Assembly (NCBI GenBank): GCA_963692945.1 | Contig: OY843585.1 | Coordinates: 450,001 to 482,000, forward strand | DNA from: Bdellovibrionales bacterium | Lineage (GTDB): Bacteria; Bdellovibrionota; Bdellovibrionia; Bdellovibrionales; UBA1609 | Reading direction: 5' to 3' | Length of the DNA stretch: 32,000 nt | In this document: positions 31,908 to 32,000 of the stretch, piece after piece | Position numbering within the stretch: the stretch's first letter is position 1 | Layout of the letters: the number at the start of each line of letters is the position of its first letter | The notes under the pieces: model-generated | What the model was told of the DNA's origin: nothing | Databases searched by the model: none | Seen by the model: the letters and a program-made list of their open reading frames with translations, nothing else | Position numbers and translations under genes: made by a program

Positions 31908-32000
31908 AGGGCTAGAGAGAACAAAAAAAGCAAAGTTAAAACTTTACTTTTTTTCTTCTTATAGGTTTTGATTATCTTTTATAAAATGGATGGGGCGGCA

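Noticed and set aside
31636-31971. 111-aa + strand ORF at the right edge.
   Set aside because: It spans hairpin repeat modules and the structured repeat unit. Its start lies inside a repeat hairpin, and nothing supports coding.

Overview
The window is strongly AT-rich (about 30% G+C by eye, not computed) and bacterial. Lipobox lipoproteins and a Tad/T2SS-F platform protein suggest a diderm. The proC-divIVA neighbourhood and FHA/Tad genes are weakly reminiscent of Bdellovibrionota/Oligoflexia-like organisms, but I cannot assign taxonomy. Housekeeping genes: lon (3' part), tRNA-Val(UAC), proC, divIVA, rpsD and a type-B rpmE.

Three accessory blocks sit between them:
1. A minus-strand operon at 5438-11220 with an orphan TadB/C-like T2SS-F protein, DUF192 and three FHA-domain membrane proteins.
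2. The most unusual region, 13.1-24.5 kb. It holds eight tandem paralogues of a hyper-acidic lipoprotein with a fixed signature, C-x5-C-x3-C-x(9-17)-C, which I cannot place in any named family. Seven of them are bracketed by about 0.5 kb inverted repeats. Each arm carries an outward-facing coiled-coil (LDxKIDxLD) gene and a 90-nt perfectly identical upstream leader. Outside these lie 113-bp near-identical direct repeats. Every gap contains a modular hairpin, MITE/REP-like repeat family bounded by CAAAACTCTAG; one copy abuts tRNA-Val.
3. A module at 27.8-31.6 kb with a beta-class SPPY DNA methyltransferase followed by a 2.9-kb segment bounded by 43/44-bp direct repeats. The segment carries an XRE regulator, a very basic 6x-repeat protein and a coiled-coil PD-(D/E)xK nuclease-like protein.

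Other observations: a perfect 43-bp tandem duplication frameshifts a secreted pentapeptide-repeat gene, and a multi-helix structured repeat with tRNA/tmRNA-end-like termini lies at the right edge. I recognised no transposase, integrase, CRISPR array or rRNA.
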